A stretch of 64,000 nt of DNA from a bacterium (GTDB taxonomy: Bacteria; Zhuqueibacterota; Zhuqueibacteria; Residuimicrobiales; Krinioviventaceae). Shown piece after piece: positions 16,296 through 26,892 of this stretch. The notes under the pieces are model-generated. The model was given only the letters and a program-made list of their open reading frames with translations. It searched no databases and was not told where the DNA came from. The stretch spans positions 2,880,001-2,944,000 of the forward strand of contig CAXXMD010000003.1 of NCBI GenBank assembly GCA_963675755.2, in the 5' to 3' direction. A program made the translations under genes and the position numbers. Each line of letters opens with the position of its first letter. The first letter of the stretch is position 1.

Positions 16296-19200
16296 ATGTA
16301 TATATATATGGGGTATTTCAAGGCTCTAATTTTTGCGGTGCTGCTTTTCATTTGTCCTCTCTATGCGATTGACCTTCAATTAAACTGGTTTGAAAATACA
16401 GAGCCTGATTTGGCGGGGTATACCATTTATTTTGGCAATCACAGCCGATTGTACGACCAAAAGGTTTCTACCGGTTTGGTAAACAGTTACGTGTTAAAAG
16501 ATCTTGAAGAAAAGGTCGTGTATTATTTTGCAATTACCGCTTTTGATACAGCCGGTAACGAGAGCGCATATTCTGCAGAATCCATGTGCATTTTAAATGA
16601 TACAACTCCTCTAAAAATTGATTCAGTAATCGTGCTGAGTCTGAATGATTTAGAGATCGTATATAATAAAAAAGTTACTACGGAAACCGCTGAAAAAATA
16701 GAGAATTATTACATCACACCGGATATTGATATACAAAAAGCCGTACTGCAGACCGATGCGAAGAGTGTTCGTCTGGTTACCGGAGAACATGCATTTGAAA
16801 CATCCTATCAGTTGTCAGTTGATAACATTTCAGACATTGCGCTGCCTGCCAATACATTACCAGAAACACAGTTGAATTATACGGTAGACGCACAACAGAT
16901 TGATCATATACCACCGGTTGTTGCTTCTGTTGAGCCCTTGACTGATGTGTCAATACTTGTTTATTTTGACGAACCGATCAATGCAAATCTGGATAGTGCC
17001 CAGTTTTCTATTAGTCCCAATATTTCTGTGCTGTCATTTGAACAGATATCGGCAAATGTTATTAAAATACAGACGGCTCCACATCAACAGAACGATGTTT
17101 ATACATTAAATGTGAAAAATGTTTCTGATAATTCAGTGAACGTCAACACCATCGCCGATGACAGTCGATGCAGTTATTCCATTATAGCTGAATCAACAAA
17201 TGCCCCCATAGTTGAATTGTGGAATGTGCCTGAAAAAAATCATGTGCAGTTGATGTTTAATTCTGCTCCCGGAATATTGGATGAAAATGATTTTGTGATT
17301 TCCGGTATTACAATCCATAATGTTTCTATGGATTCAAGCGGCAGGATGCTGAATTTGTTTACATCTAATCACAAGGTGGGTGAGATTTATAAACTTGAAT
17401 ATATGGGCAATTCTCAATCTATTGTAGAGCCTTTTACAGTACATTATGAATATACTACTCCTGATACTCTGGCGCCAGTTTTGCAAAAGATAAGGTTTTT
17501 AAATGATTCGGAAATTTGTTTGCATTTTTCCGGTTCACTTGAAGAGAACAGCGCACTGGATGTTCAGAATTATGTTATTGATAATAGTATTAGTGTTCTA
17601 AACGCCGAGTTGTCTTTTTACAAGAATATTGTAACGCTTGAAACCACACCCCATACGGTTAATTCAGATTATTCAATACAGCTGCATGGAATTGTTGATA
17701 ATACATATCGTCATAACCGGATTGATTCAACCCGGACTTTTAATTATACTTTTTCAGATACAAAATATCCCCGCATCACTAAAATTGTTCAGCTCGATTC
17801 GGTAATGGTTGATGTTTACTTTAATGACCGACTGGACCCGGTAACAGCTCAAAATATATCAAATTACAGTTACGGTGATACGGATATGCAATTGTTTGAC
17901 GTACAGCTCAGCAATGATGGAATTATTGTTCGTCTTACTACATCGCCTCATCAGGAAGGCAAAATATATTCTCTGCAAACACAAAACATTTTATTCTTTG
18001 ATAATGGAATTCTTCCGGCCGGATATAAAAATGTATATCACTATGAATACCTGGGCAAAGATTTAACCGGCCCTGTAATCCGTACCATTCGCGCCAAAGA
18101 TGAAGAAAATCTTTATGTGCTGTTTAGTGAGGCATTGGATGAAACCTCTGCGCAGGATGTGCGGAATTATACTATATCCGATGGAATTCAAGTATTGAGT
18201 GCTGTATTGAATGCAGAGAGGGATATAGTTCATCTTGAAACCAGTACACATGATAAAAAACAAAACTATACGCTTCAAATTGAGAATATTTGTGATTCAA
18301 GCATGACCATGAATGTTTGTCCGGATGAGCATTCTTTTATTTATACCGTCGATTTGCCTGATGATCAACCACCCTATATTGAACAGGTCAAAGTGCTGGC
18401 ATCGGATAAAATTGTTGTCTTGTTTAATGAACCGGTTTCCGGGGCTAATGTGACCCAGTCAAGAAATTATTATATTGATCATGATATTGATGTGACGGCT
18501 GTAAACACTACTTATTTGTCCAATCGTGTTGAACTTACCACAACATTGATGGAACCCAAAGTTTATCAATTGTATGTAAACAATATTGCAGACAGGTCTG
18601 GAAATATTCCGGATGGGAATCCTTACTTTTATTTCAGTTATAGTGGAATGTCTACCACTTTGCAGGTCACGAATGTTGAGCCATTGTCATCAAACGAATT
18701 ACTTTTAACATTTTCTCATGATTTGGAAACTGCAAGCGCTGTCAATGAGAATAATTATGCTATTGACAAGGGCGTTCAAGTTCTATCCGCCCGCATGGAT
18801 GATAAAGATAATCAGGTTATTATAACAACGAGTGATCATGTTGCAGAGACCGAATATTTGTTAACGGTTGAGAATGTTACTGACAAGCAGAAAAAGCGTA
18901 CTGCTGAAAAAGAATATACCCGCTTTCAGTATTATTTTCATTCCGGTTATTCTAACAAGCTTGCAATTGAATCCGTATCTTTGACCACACCAGAGCAGAT
19001 CGAATTGAAATTTGATCAAAAAGTCAACTGGCAATCCGCGGAAAATATTGAGAATTATACCATAGAGCCATTTGTAGAGTTGGAATCTGTCACCCTTGCG
19101 GATGACGATCAAACGGTTATCCTGCAAAGCTATCAGCATTTTCAGGCAATTCCATATACCCTCAGAGTTTCAGATGTAGTACCTGTTGATGATTCCATTG

Positions 19201-20024
19201 AAACGAGTGACAGTTATTATGGTGTTTACCATTATCTTTCTCTGCTGGATGTACTGTTGCCTGACAACTCGGCAATTGATGTTGAATATGTTCAGGTGGG
19301 CAAGCCTTATTATACTGATCGTGATTATGTTTTAACAGCAGTGCCGGAGGTGCTTGAAGGTTCCAGAATGATCAAAACCCCGAATGATGACAAGAGTAAT
19401 GAGGCCCCCGATTATTTACCCATGTCACTCACTCAAAATGCTGTTATATATATTGCTTATGACTCTCGTGTTGAATCTGTACCGCAGTGGTTGAATGAAA
19501 AGTTTAAAAAGACATCATTACCATTGGGTGTTACAGATCAGGTAGAAAAGCTGGATATCTGGCGAGGATATTTTAAATCCGGTGAGTTGACATTGGGCGG
19601 AAATTCCGCTGAAGGCGCTGTTAATGCAAAAAGTATGTATGTTGTATTTGTAGCCGAACCTACCCAGGAAGTTGTTGAAGATATTTTAAATGGGGATAAA
19701 ACTGATGAAAATGGAGAAATACCCGAAACGTTTGTTTTGTATCAAAATTATCCCAATCCGTTCAATCCGTCTACAACAATCCGTTTTGATTTGAATGCTG
19801 ATCAGTACGTAACCTTGCAGGTATTTAATGTTTTGGGTCGTAAAGTGAAAACTTTGTACGATGCATATGCACCTGCCGGATATTATGAAGTGGATTGGCA
19901 GGGTGTTAATGAAACCGGTAACAAGGTGGCTGCGGGTTTGTATTTTTACAGATTTGAGATGCGTTCCCAAGAAGGACAGGGAGGAACTCGAACGTTTGTT
20001 AAGAAAATGTTGCTGATCCGTTAG
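16296..20024 (+). CDS. Large surface protein: FN3 + about nine tandem SbsA/Big_5-like Ig repeats + FlgD-Ig/T9SS-type sorting domain
   Basis: Signal peptide; FN3 YYFAITAFDTAGNES; repeated D..PP.I..V.....V.F.E.......NY.I...T..H...Y.L.V.NI.D units; QNYPNPFNPST...KKMLLIR tail. Confidence 0.8.
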   Translation: MYIYMGYFKALIFAVLLFICPLYAIDLQLNWFENTEPDLAGYTIYFGNHSRLYDQKVSTGLVNSYVLKDLEEKVVYYFAITAFDTAGNESAYSAESMCILNDTTPLKIDSVIVLSLNDLEIVYNKKVTTETAEKIENYYITPDIDIQKAVLQTDAKSVRLVTGEHAFETSYQLSVDNISDIALPANTLPETQLNYTVDAQQIDHIPPVVASVEPLTDVSILVYFDEPINANLDSAQFSISPNISVLSFEQISANVIKIQTAPHQQNDVYTLNVKNVSDNSVNVNTIADDSRCSYSIIAESTNAPIVELWNVPEKNHVQLMFNSAPGILDENDFVISGITIHNVSMDSSGRMLNLFTSNHKVGEIYKLEYMGNSQSIVEPFTVHYEYTTPDTLAPVLQKIRFLNDSEICLHFSGSLEENSALDVQNYVIDNSISVLNAELSFYKNIVTLETTPHTVNSDYSIQLHGIVDNTYRHNRIDSTRTFNYTFSDTKYPRITKIVQLDSVMVDVYFNDRLDPVTAQNISNYSYGDTDMQLFDVQLSNDGIIVRLTTSPHQEGKIYSLQTQNILFFDNGILPAGYKNVYHYEYLGKDLTGPVIRTIRAKDEENLYVLFSEALDETSAQDVRNYTISDGIQVLSAVLNAERDIVHLETSTHDKKQNYTLQIENICDSSMTMNVCPDEHSFIYTVDLPDDQPPYIEQVKVLASDKIVVLFNEPVSGANVTQSRNYYIDHDIDVTAVNTTYLSNRVELTTTLMEPKVYQLYVNNIADRSGNIPDGNPYFYFSYSGMSTTLQVTNVEPLSSNELLLTFSHDLETASAVNENNYAIDKGVQVLSARMDDKDNQVIITTSDHVAETEYLLTVENVTDKQKKRTAEKEYTRFQYYFHSGYSNKLAIESVSLTTPEQIELKFDQKVNWQSAENIENYTIEPFVELESVTLADDDQTVILQSYQHFQAIPYTLRVSDVVPVDDSIETSDSYYGVYHYLSLLDVLLPDNSAIDVEYVQVGKPYYTDRDYVLTAVPEVLEGSRMIKTPNDDKSNEAPDYLPMSLTQNAVIYIAYDSRVESVPQWLNEKFKKTSLPLGVTDQVEKLDIWRGYFKSGELTLGGNSAEGAVNAKSMYVVFVAEPTQEVVEDILNGDKTDENGEIPETFVLYQNYPNPFNPSTTIRFDLNADQYVTLQVFNVLGRKVKTLYDAYAPAGYYEVDWQGVNETGNKVAAGLYFYRFEMRSQEGQGGTRTFVKKMLLIR

Positions 20025-20094
20025 CGGTTTCGGGGGGAACTGACTTGCTCAGTTATTGCAATTCATGTAATCCAGTCAATGTGAATGAATTTGG

Positions 20095-20123
20095 TTGATT
20101 AAATTGCTTTGATTACCTATATT
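20095..20123 (+). promoter_or_regulatory. Putative sigma70 promoter of the polysaccharide operon
   Basis: TTGATT-17 bp-TATATT, ending 22 bp upstream of ATG 20146. Confidence 0.45.
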
Positions 20124-20145
20124 TATAGTCTAAACTCTGGAGAAT

Positions 20146-22107
20146 ATGGTTATTTTTAAAGCAATACTCAAATATTCAAGTTTGATACTTTTTATTCCTC
20201 TGTGGCTTGGGGCTTTTGAATCTGTTCGTGAAATACAAAATCAAATGTCAGATTTTGTACGTCCCGATGAATTTGGTTCTTATCAGAAAACTTTACAAAC
20301 AGAATCTGATTCTGTTCAGGATAAAGAAGAGATGGGTCTGTTTGGGGAACAGTTTTTTGATCGTATTCTAACCCAAAATACGTTTGCCACAGGTGGCGTG
20401 ATTACCCCCGAGTATCCACTGGGACCGGGAGATATTTTAAATATCTACCTGGGTGATAAAGCACAAAAGGAATTCAAGGTGCAGGTCAGTGTTGATGGCA
20501 AAGTATATATCCCCACTGTTGGTGTGTTTGATGTCTATGGTCAAACGGTTAAAGATTTTCACATCAACCTGGATGAGCGTTTGAAGCGGCTTTACAATAA
20601 TTACATTGTTGATGTAATGCTATTGGCGCCCAAGCAGGTTCGGATCAGTGTGGTTGGTGAAGTCAGGTCTCCGGGGAATTATACACTGAATGCATTAAAT
20701 ACTGCACTGGACGCGATTTTGAATGCCGGTGGCCCCACAGAATTGGGTTCATTACGAAATATTCAACTGTTCCGAAATGATAGTCTGCTGGCATATATTG
20801 ATTTATATGAATACTTGTTGGAACAAAAGAGTCCACCCAATATATATCTGCAAAACGGAGATCGGTTGTTTGTGCCTGTGCGTAAAGCAGTCGTTGAAAT
20901 ATCCGGGGAAGTATATCGGGAAAAAATTTATGAGATTAATGCTCAGGAGCCAGAATCCATACTGCAATTGATAGCGTTGGCCGGTGGTTTGACTGATATG
21001 GCACTGGTTGATCGTATTGAACTGAGCCGGATGGGTGTAAATGGGGAACGAGAAATATATTATTTCGATTACAATAATCCCGACCAAAATGAAAATATCA
21101 ATTGGAACCTTGAAAATCATGACAGGATCCATGTCTACTCTATTAAAGACAAGTTTGAACCGCACATTCTCACAATAATGGGCGAGGTTAAACACCCCGG
21201 AATTTTTGAATACGAAGAAAATATGCGAGTTAGTGATCTGGTGATGAAAGCCGGAGGCGTCTTGCGCAGCAGTTATCTGTTAAAAGCAAGCCTTGCTAAA
21301 GTTGATCCCCAAACACCTTATAGTGTGCGTGAGGTCAGTCTTGAAACTGTTTTAAATAATCCGGGTTCTGATGAAAATTATTTGCTTGAACCGGATGATC
21401 AGGTATTCATTCGTAAAATTCCGGACTGGCAGGTTGGGCCTTTGGTAGAAATTAAGGGAGAGGTGCTATTTCCTGGTTTTTATCCAATCGTCAAAGATTC
21501 AACCCAATTGAGTGAGGTGATTAAGCAGGCCGGTGGTTTAAAACATGACGCCAACGTAAATGAAGCAACACTAACACGATCCAATACGGTATCTGTTAAA
21601 GATAAAGAATTTCTGCGTTTGCAAAGTATGAGCAAGAGTGAAATGAGCAAGAACGAATACCAGTATTATGTTATGAAGCAAAACGCTGCGGACGTGAATT
21701 CTATTGTAGTAGATTTTTACAAGCTGCTAGTGAAAAATGATACCAAAGAAGATGTTGTTTTAAAAGATGGTGATATTATCAATATCCCTCAAGCACCCAT
21801 GGTGGTTACAGTTATTGGAAGAGTAGCAAAAAATGGTGGTATTGTCTATAAAGAGACCGCGGGTATAGATTACTATATTGAACAGGCGGGCGGGTACACC
21901 TGGGATGCCGATGCTGGTGATACCAAGGTTATCAAAGTCTCTGGTGAAATTCTTGACAGTAACGATGTAAATCATTTCTCACCGGGAGACAGAATCTGGG
22001 TACCGCGTAAACCTGACAGGAATTACTGGGAAATATTCAGAGATATTATGCTGGTAGCAGGGCAGGTTGCAACAGTTTATCTTGTAGTGAGACAGGCTAC
22101 TGATTAA
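20146..22107 (+). CDS. Polysaccharide export protein with multiple SLBB domains (Wza/KpsD-like)
   Basis: YPLGPGDILNI, repeated GEV..PG.Y.....LI..AGG SLBB units, L..GD.I.VP. Confidence 0.88.
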   Translation: MVIFKAILKYSSLILFIPLWLGAFESVREIQNQMSDFVRPDEFGSYQKTLQTESDSVQDKEEMGLFGEQFFDRILTQNTFATGGVITPEYPLGPGDILNIYLGDKAQKEFKVQVSVDGKVYIPTVGVFDVYGQTVKDFHINLDERLKRLYNNYIVDVMLLAPKQVRISVVGEVRSPGNYTLNALNTALDAILNAGGPTELGSLRNIQLFRNDSLLAYIDLYEYLLEQKSPPNIYLQNGDRLFVPVRKAVVEISGEVYREKIYEINAQEPESILQLIALAGGLTDMALVDRIELSRMGVNGEREIYYFDYNNPDQNENINWNLENHDRIHVYSIKDKFEPHILTIMGEVKHPGIFEYEENMRVSDLVMKAGGVLRSSYLLKASLAKVDPQTPYSVREVSLETVLNNPGSDENYLLEPDDQVFIRKIPDWQVGPLVEIKGEVLFPGFYPIVKDSTQLSEVIKQAGGLKHDANVNEATLTRSNTVSVKDKEFLRLQSMSKSEMSKNEYQYYVMKQNAADVNSIVVDFYKLLVKNDTKEDVVLKDGDIINIPQAPMVVTVIGRVAKNGGIVYKETAGIDYYIEQAGGYTWDADAGDTKVIKVSGEILDSNDVNHFSPGDRIWVPRKPDRNYWEIFRDIMLVAGQVATVYLVVRQATD

Positions 22108-22122
22108 TTATTACGGAGAATA

Positions 22123-23373
22123 ATGAATAATCATTCAAATACTCAGGAAATACACATCCTGGACTATCTCAATGTTCTGGTAAATGCCCGATGGATTATT
22201 GTCAGGAATTTTGTAATAGCAGCTGTTTTGGGTGTTGTACTGACGCTTGTTCTCCCCAAACAATATGTGGGAGAGACCACATTAATGCCGCCTCCTGAAG
22301 CAGAAAAATATGGCATGGGTAGTATTCTTTCAGAAGTAACAATACCCAGCCTGAGTATGAATTTTGGTCAATCTTCTTCATCAGAGATCCTGGTCGAAGT
22401 ACTGAAAAGTCGTTCTGTAAAGACCAGAGTGCTTGAACGAAAATTTAAGGTAAAAGATGAGGATGTAGTACTGTATAAATATCTGGGATATTCTTCATCT
22501 CAAAACGCGCTAAAAAAGATTACAAAAAAGAGTTTTTTTTCAGTATCCAAACAGGGCATTATTACTATTGCTGTGAAAATGAACACGGCGCAGCTTGCTG
22601 CCGATGTGGCAAATGCCTTTGTGCAAGAGCTTGACCAGGTAAATCAGGCAAAGAGTGTTTCACGGGCAAAGAATTCAAGAATATATATAGAATCTCAGCT
22701 TAAAGAGACAAATGAAAAGCTGGAACAGGCAACGCGAAAGCTGGCAGAATTTCAACAGGAAAACCGGGCTGTATCTCTGCAAGAGCAAACACAAGCATCA
22801 ATTCAACAAGCGGGTGAACTCAAGGGACGGATTATTGCCAAAGAAGTAGAAATAGGGGTTATGCTGCAAACCATGAAACCTGAAAATCCCCTGGTAACCC
22901 GCGCGCAAAAGGAACTTGACGAATTGAACCGCAGGTATCATGAATTGCAGTATGGAGATGCTACTGTACAGACTGACGAAGGCGAGTTTTATGTGCCCTT
23001 TACCGATGTTCCGCAGGTAGGGCTAAAGCTTGCTGAACTTACCCGTGATGTTAAAGTGCAGGAGACTGTTTGGCAGTTACTTAATCAACAGTATTACCAG
23101 GCCAAGATTGAAGAGGCGCGCAATACTCCCACCGTTCAGGTGTTGGATGTGGCAATTGCTCCTGTAAAACATTTTTGGCCACGAAAGAAAACCTTTTTAT
23201 TGGTATTTGGAGCCGCCTCCTTTCTGTTCACTATTTGCTGGGTATTTATTGTTCATTTTCATATGATATTGATTCAAAATCCGGAAAAAAATGAACGGTT
23301 TATGAATATCCGGGACCAACTGAATAGCGATTGGCATCTTTTTAAATCCCGCTTGATTCGCAAGAAATTTTGA
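22123..23373 (+). CDS. Wzz/GumC-type chain-length regulator (polysaccharide co-polymerase, no kinase domain)
   Basis: Two TM helices flanking a coiled-coil; LPKQY; VQVLDVAIAP...P GNVR-like region. Confidence 0.85.
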   Translation: MNNHSNTQEIHILDYLNVLVNARWIIVRNFVIAAVLGVVLTLVLPKQYVGETTLMPPPEAEKYGMGSILSEVTIPSLSMNFGQSSSSEILVEVLKSRSVKTRVLERKFKVKDEDVVLYKYLGYSSSQNALKKITKKSFFSVSKQGIITIAVKMNTAQLAADVANAFVQELDQVNQAKSVSRAKNSRIYIESQLKETNEKLEQATRKLAEFQQENRAVSLQEQTQASIQQAGELKGRIIAKEVEIGVMLQTMKPENPLVTRAQKELDELNRRYHELQYGDATVQTDEGEFYVPFTDVPQVGLKLAELTRDVKVQETVWQLLNQQYYQAKIEEARNTPTVQVLDVAIAPVKHFWPRKKTFLLVFGAASFLFTICWVFIVHFHMILIQNPEKNERFMNIRDQLNSDWHLFKSRLIRKKF

Positions 23374-23395
23374 TCTGATTATTTCAGGAGTATTT

Positions 23396-24148
23396 ATGGA
23401 AAACTATATATCCGAATCTGCCACTATTGGTGAGAATTCAGAAATCGGACATTTTACAGTTATTGCAGAAAATGTAAAAATCGGCAGCAATTGTCGTATT
23501 GGTCATAATGTTGTTATTCATGAGGGTGCGATCATTGGCGATAATGTTCGCATTGATGACTGTACTGTGATTGGTAAGCTGCCTATGCGTGCTAAACGCA
23601 GTATTTTCAAAGACGAATCAACATTGCCTCCTGTGAAAATTGGTAATGATTGTATGTTTGGTGCGCAGGTTGTGATCTATGCTGGATGTGAAATTGATAA
23701 CAATGTTCTGGTTGCTGATGGGGCCGCGGTACGAGAAGAAGTGAGTGTGGGTGAATTTACTATAATTGGCCGAAGTGCTACCATTGAAAACAAAACCACA
23801 ATTGGTAAAAAATGTAAACTGGAAACCAATTGTTATATTACCGCATATTCTACTATAGAGGATTTTTGTTTTATCGCACCGGGCGTGCATACAACCAATG
23901 ATAACTTTATGGGGCGCACCGAAGAGCGATTTAAACATTTTAAAGGTGTGACAATAAAACGTGGTGGTCGTATTGGTGGTCATGCTGTTATTTTACCGGG
24001 TAAAGTAATTGGTCAGGATGCAGTCGTTGCAGCGGGTTCAGTAGTTACACGTGATGTGCCACCGCGTCAAATTGTAATTGGGGCACCTGCCAAGTATTTA
24101 CGAGATGTACCGGAAGATCAGTTGTTGGAAAACCAGGGGTGGGAATAG
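23396..24148 (+). CDS. Hexapeptide-repeat sugar N-acetyltransferase (WbpD-like)
   Basis: Many [LIV]G hexapeptide repeats; FIAPGVHTTND; VAAGSVVTRDVP...GAPAK. Confidence 0.8.
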   Translation: MENYISESATIGENSEIGHFTVIAENVKIGSNCRIGHNVVIHEGAIIGDNVRIDDCTVIGKLPMRAKRSIFKDESTLPPVKIGNDCMFGAQVVIYAGCEIDNNVLVADGAAVREEVSVGEFTIIGRSATIENKTTIGKKCKLETNCYITAYSTIEDFCFIAPGVHTTNDNFMGRTEERFKHFKGVTIKRGGRIGGHAVILPGKVIGQDAVVAAGSVVTRDVPPRQIVIGAPAKYLRDVPEDQLLENQGWE

Positions 24149-24160
24149 GAGAAGGTTCTG

Positions 24161-25231
24161 TTGAAAGTATTAACCGTTGTGGGTGCAAGACCCCAGTTTA
24201 TTAAAGCGGCACCGGTATCCCGGAATTTAAGAGTGCAGCATGAAGAAATTCTGGTCCATACCGGACAACATTATGATGAAAATATGTCTCAGCTTTTCTT
24301 TGATGAGCTTAATATACCCAAACCCGATGTAAATTTAGAGATTGGCTCAGGATTACACGCAGAACAAACCGGTAAAATGATGGTAGAGCTTGAAAAGCTT
24401 ATAATCAGTCATAAACCCAATTGTGTGATGGTGTATGGCGATACCAACTCTACAATCGCCGGTTCACTTGCAGCAAGTAAACTCAATATTCCGGTAGTGC
24501 ATATTGAAGCGGGCTTGCGCAGTTTCAACAGACATATGCCCGAAGAGGTTAATCGGGTATTAACAGATAAAATATCGGATTTGTTGTTTTGTCCTACAAA
24601 GGTCTCTGTTGAGCATTTGGCAAAAGAAGGTGTTACCCGGGGTGTGTATCAAACCGGTGATGTTATGTTTGATGCTGCTTTATACTATGCGGAAATGGCT
24701 GAACGCAAAGACTCTGTGCTGGATGTTATTGGTGTGAAACCCGGACAATATTTATTGGCAACCTGTCATCGCCCGCAGAATACTGATGATAAACAGATTT
24801 TAACAGGTATTGTGCAGGCTTTTATAGAATCCGGCAAAAATATTGTTTTGCCTATACATCCCCGTACACGTGGATTTTTACAAAAATATGAACTAATGGA
24901 TGTGATTAAAAAGAGTGGCACGGTCAAGCTTGTAGATCCTGTGGGTTATCTTGAAATGATTCAGCTTGAAAAAAATGCAGAGAAAATTCTAACGGATTCC
25001 GGCGGGGTTCAAAAAGAGGCTTATTTCTATAAAGTACCCTGTATTACTATGCGTCCTGAAACCGAATGGGTTGAAACCGTACAGGACGGTTGGAATGTTC
25101 TGGTAGGTGCAGATAAGGAAAAAATAAAAAATGCTATTTCTTCCTTTAATCCTGACTCTGAACAAAACAGCCACTATGGGGAAGGTAAGGCAAGTGAAAT
25201 AATGGTTAATATATTAAATGAACATTTTTAA
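24161..25231 (+). CDS. wecB: Non-hydrolysing UDP-N-acetylhexosamine 2-epimerase (WecB/WbpI family)
   Basis: VVGARPQFIK, HTGQHYD, YGDTNST, HIEAGLRS, PEEVNR, TDSGGVQKEA, TEWVE; TTG start. Confidence 0.88.
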   Translation: MKVLTVVGARPQFIKAAPVSRNLRVQHEEILVHTGQHYDENMSQLFFDELNIPKPDVNLEIGSGLHAEQTGKMMVELEKLIISHKPNCVMVYGDTNSTIAGSLAASKLNIPVVHIEAGLRSFNRHMPEEVNRVLTDKISDLLFCPTKVSVEHLAKEGVTRGVYQTGDVMFDAALYYAEMAERKDSVLDVIGVKPGQYLLATCHRPQNTDDKQILTGIVQAFIESGKNIVLPIHPRTRGFLQKYELMDVIKKSGTVKLVDPVGYLEMIQLEKNAEKILTDSGGVQKEAYFYKVPCITMRPETEWVETVQDGWNVLVGADKEKIKNAISSFNPDSEQNSHYGEGKASEIMVNILNEHF

Positions 25232-26885
25232 AAAAATAATTTTCCTTCTTTTATGGGGGGGATTTTTATATTCTCAAACTGTTTTTGTTCCTTCTCACTA
25301 CCGGGTATATGACTTTCTTGAAAGAATGGAGACAAAAGGTCTCTTGCGAGGATTTCACAACGATACCCGGCCTTTATCCCGATTGGAAATTGCAAAGGGA
25401 TTGCGAAAAGTTTATGAACACTCGTATCAATTGGGGCAAACCGAAGCCAAAGAGTTGGGGTATTATATCTCTCTATTCAGAGAGGAATTGGGTGATCTCT
25501 ATAAACCTCATGCAGAACGCCTGGACATGATTACAAAGCATAAATGGATTGATGGCTGGCTTCCGGACAAGGTTTATGCCAATGGAAGGAATTTATTTTC
25601 TTATTCAGATGATATAACGCGCATTAACATTGATCCCATATTGTCAGAAAAACGATTGTTTGCAAGTGTTGATACGCTGCAATCAACAGAAAAGGTTTTT
25701 GAGCAATCGAGTGGTTTTCTGATTTGGGGAACGCTTGGAGACCATGTAGGATATTATACAGATGTACGAGATACACGCGAGTGGGGCACACGTAATTATC
25801 CCCTTTTTATTAATACCTCTGCTTATGGACTCGGATTTGTTTCCGGCGGCAATGGTGATATTTATCATGATGAGACCCGTGCATACCTCGTCTATAATAA
25901 AAACTGGTTTCTATTGCAATTTGGTAAAGATGAAAATCAATGGGGCCCGGGATATCGGGGTCAATTGGCATTGTCTGACAACGCAACCAGTTATGATTTT
26001 TTAAAAATCCAAGTCAATACGAGGCCATTCAAGCTCACGTCCATGTATGCGGTTTTAAAGCATTTTACACCCGAATACTATTACGGCAATCATTTGGAAA
26101 AATATATGGCTGCGCACAGGATAGAATTTTCTCCATTCTCCTGGTTGAATGTGGGTATGCATGAGATTATGATCTTTTCCGAAAGAAAGTTTGAAGCTGC
26201 TTATGTGAATCCCGTTATGTTTTTCAGGTCTGCTGAACATTACCTGGGGGACCGAGACAATGCTGCTATGGGAATGGATGTAGAGCTGTTTGTGCTTCCT
26301 CGCACCAAAATCTATGCGGAACTGTTTCTTGATGATGTCACCACAAGTAAGTTGGGTTCATCTTTTTATGGCAACAAGTATGCATATCTTGCCGGTATTT
26401 ACCACGTTAATCCATTAGGACTTGCCAATACTGATATTCGATTAGAATATTCCAGACTGCGTCCGTTTGTTTACAGCCATAAATCGGATATCAATACCTA
26501 TAATCATTTTGTAACAGGTATGGGGCACTGGAGTGGTCCCAATTCCGATGACATTTATATAGAGATGAATTACAGACCTACTTTTCGAACACGCTTTACC
26601 GGGTTTGTAGAAAAGAAAAGACACGGCAGTAATACTGAACAGATAAATGCGGGAGGGGATATTTTTACTCCTCATGATCCCAGTGACTCTGTTACTGCCC
26701 CATTTTTGGATGGCATACTTGAAGAAAATTTACAATTTGGTATTCTATATAGATATGAATTGTTTTACAATTGTTATTTGACAACACAATACAGTTATGG
26801 CAAAGGGGACTCGGAGCTTTATCCAGATACAGATTTGCCAGGTAAGCGTTCTGAATTCTGGTTCCATTTCAGTTTGAATTATTGA
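25218..26885 (+). CDS. Capsule assembly Wzi-family outer-membrane protein
   Basis: Signal peptide; Y.FLERM...G; GKDENQWGPG...LALSDNA; HRIE; DNAAMG; terminal aromatic residue. Confidence 0.75.
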   Translation: MNIFKKIIFLLLWGGFLYSQTVFVPSHYRVYDFLERMETKGLLRGFHNDTRPLSRLEIAKGLRKVYEHSYQLGQTEAKELGYYISLFREELGDLYKPHAERLDMITKHKWIDGWLPDKVYANGRNLFSYSDDITRINIDPILSEKRLFASVDTLQSTEKVFEQSSGFLIWGTLGDHVGYYTDVRDTREWGTRNYPLFINTSAYGLGFVSGGNGDIYHDETRAYLVYNKNWFLLQFGKDENQWGPGYRGQLALSDNATSYDFLKIQVNTRPFKLTSMYAVLKHFTPEYYYGNHLEKYMAAHRIEFSPFSWLNVGMHEIMIFSERKFEAAYVNPVMFFRSAEHYLGDRDNAAMGMDVELFVLPRTKIYAELFLDDVTTSKLGSSFYGNKYAYLAGIYHVNPLGLANTDIRLEYSRLRPFVYSHKSDINTYNHFVTGMGHWSGPNSDDIYIEMNYRPTFRTRFTGFVEKKRHGSNTEQINAGGDIFTPHDPSDSVTAPFLDGILEENLQFGILYRYELFYNCYLTTQYSYGKGDSELYPDTDLPGKRSEFWFHFSLNY

Positions 26886-26892
26886 GCAGTAT

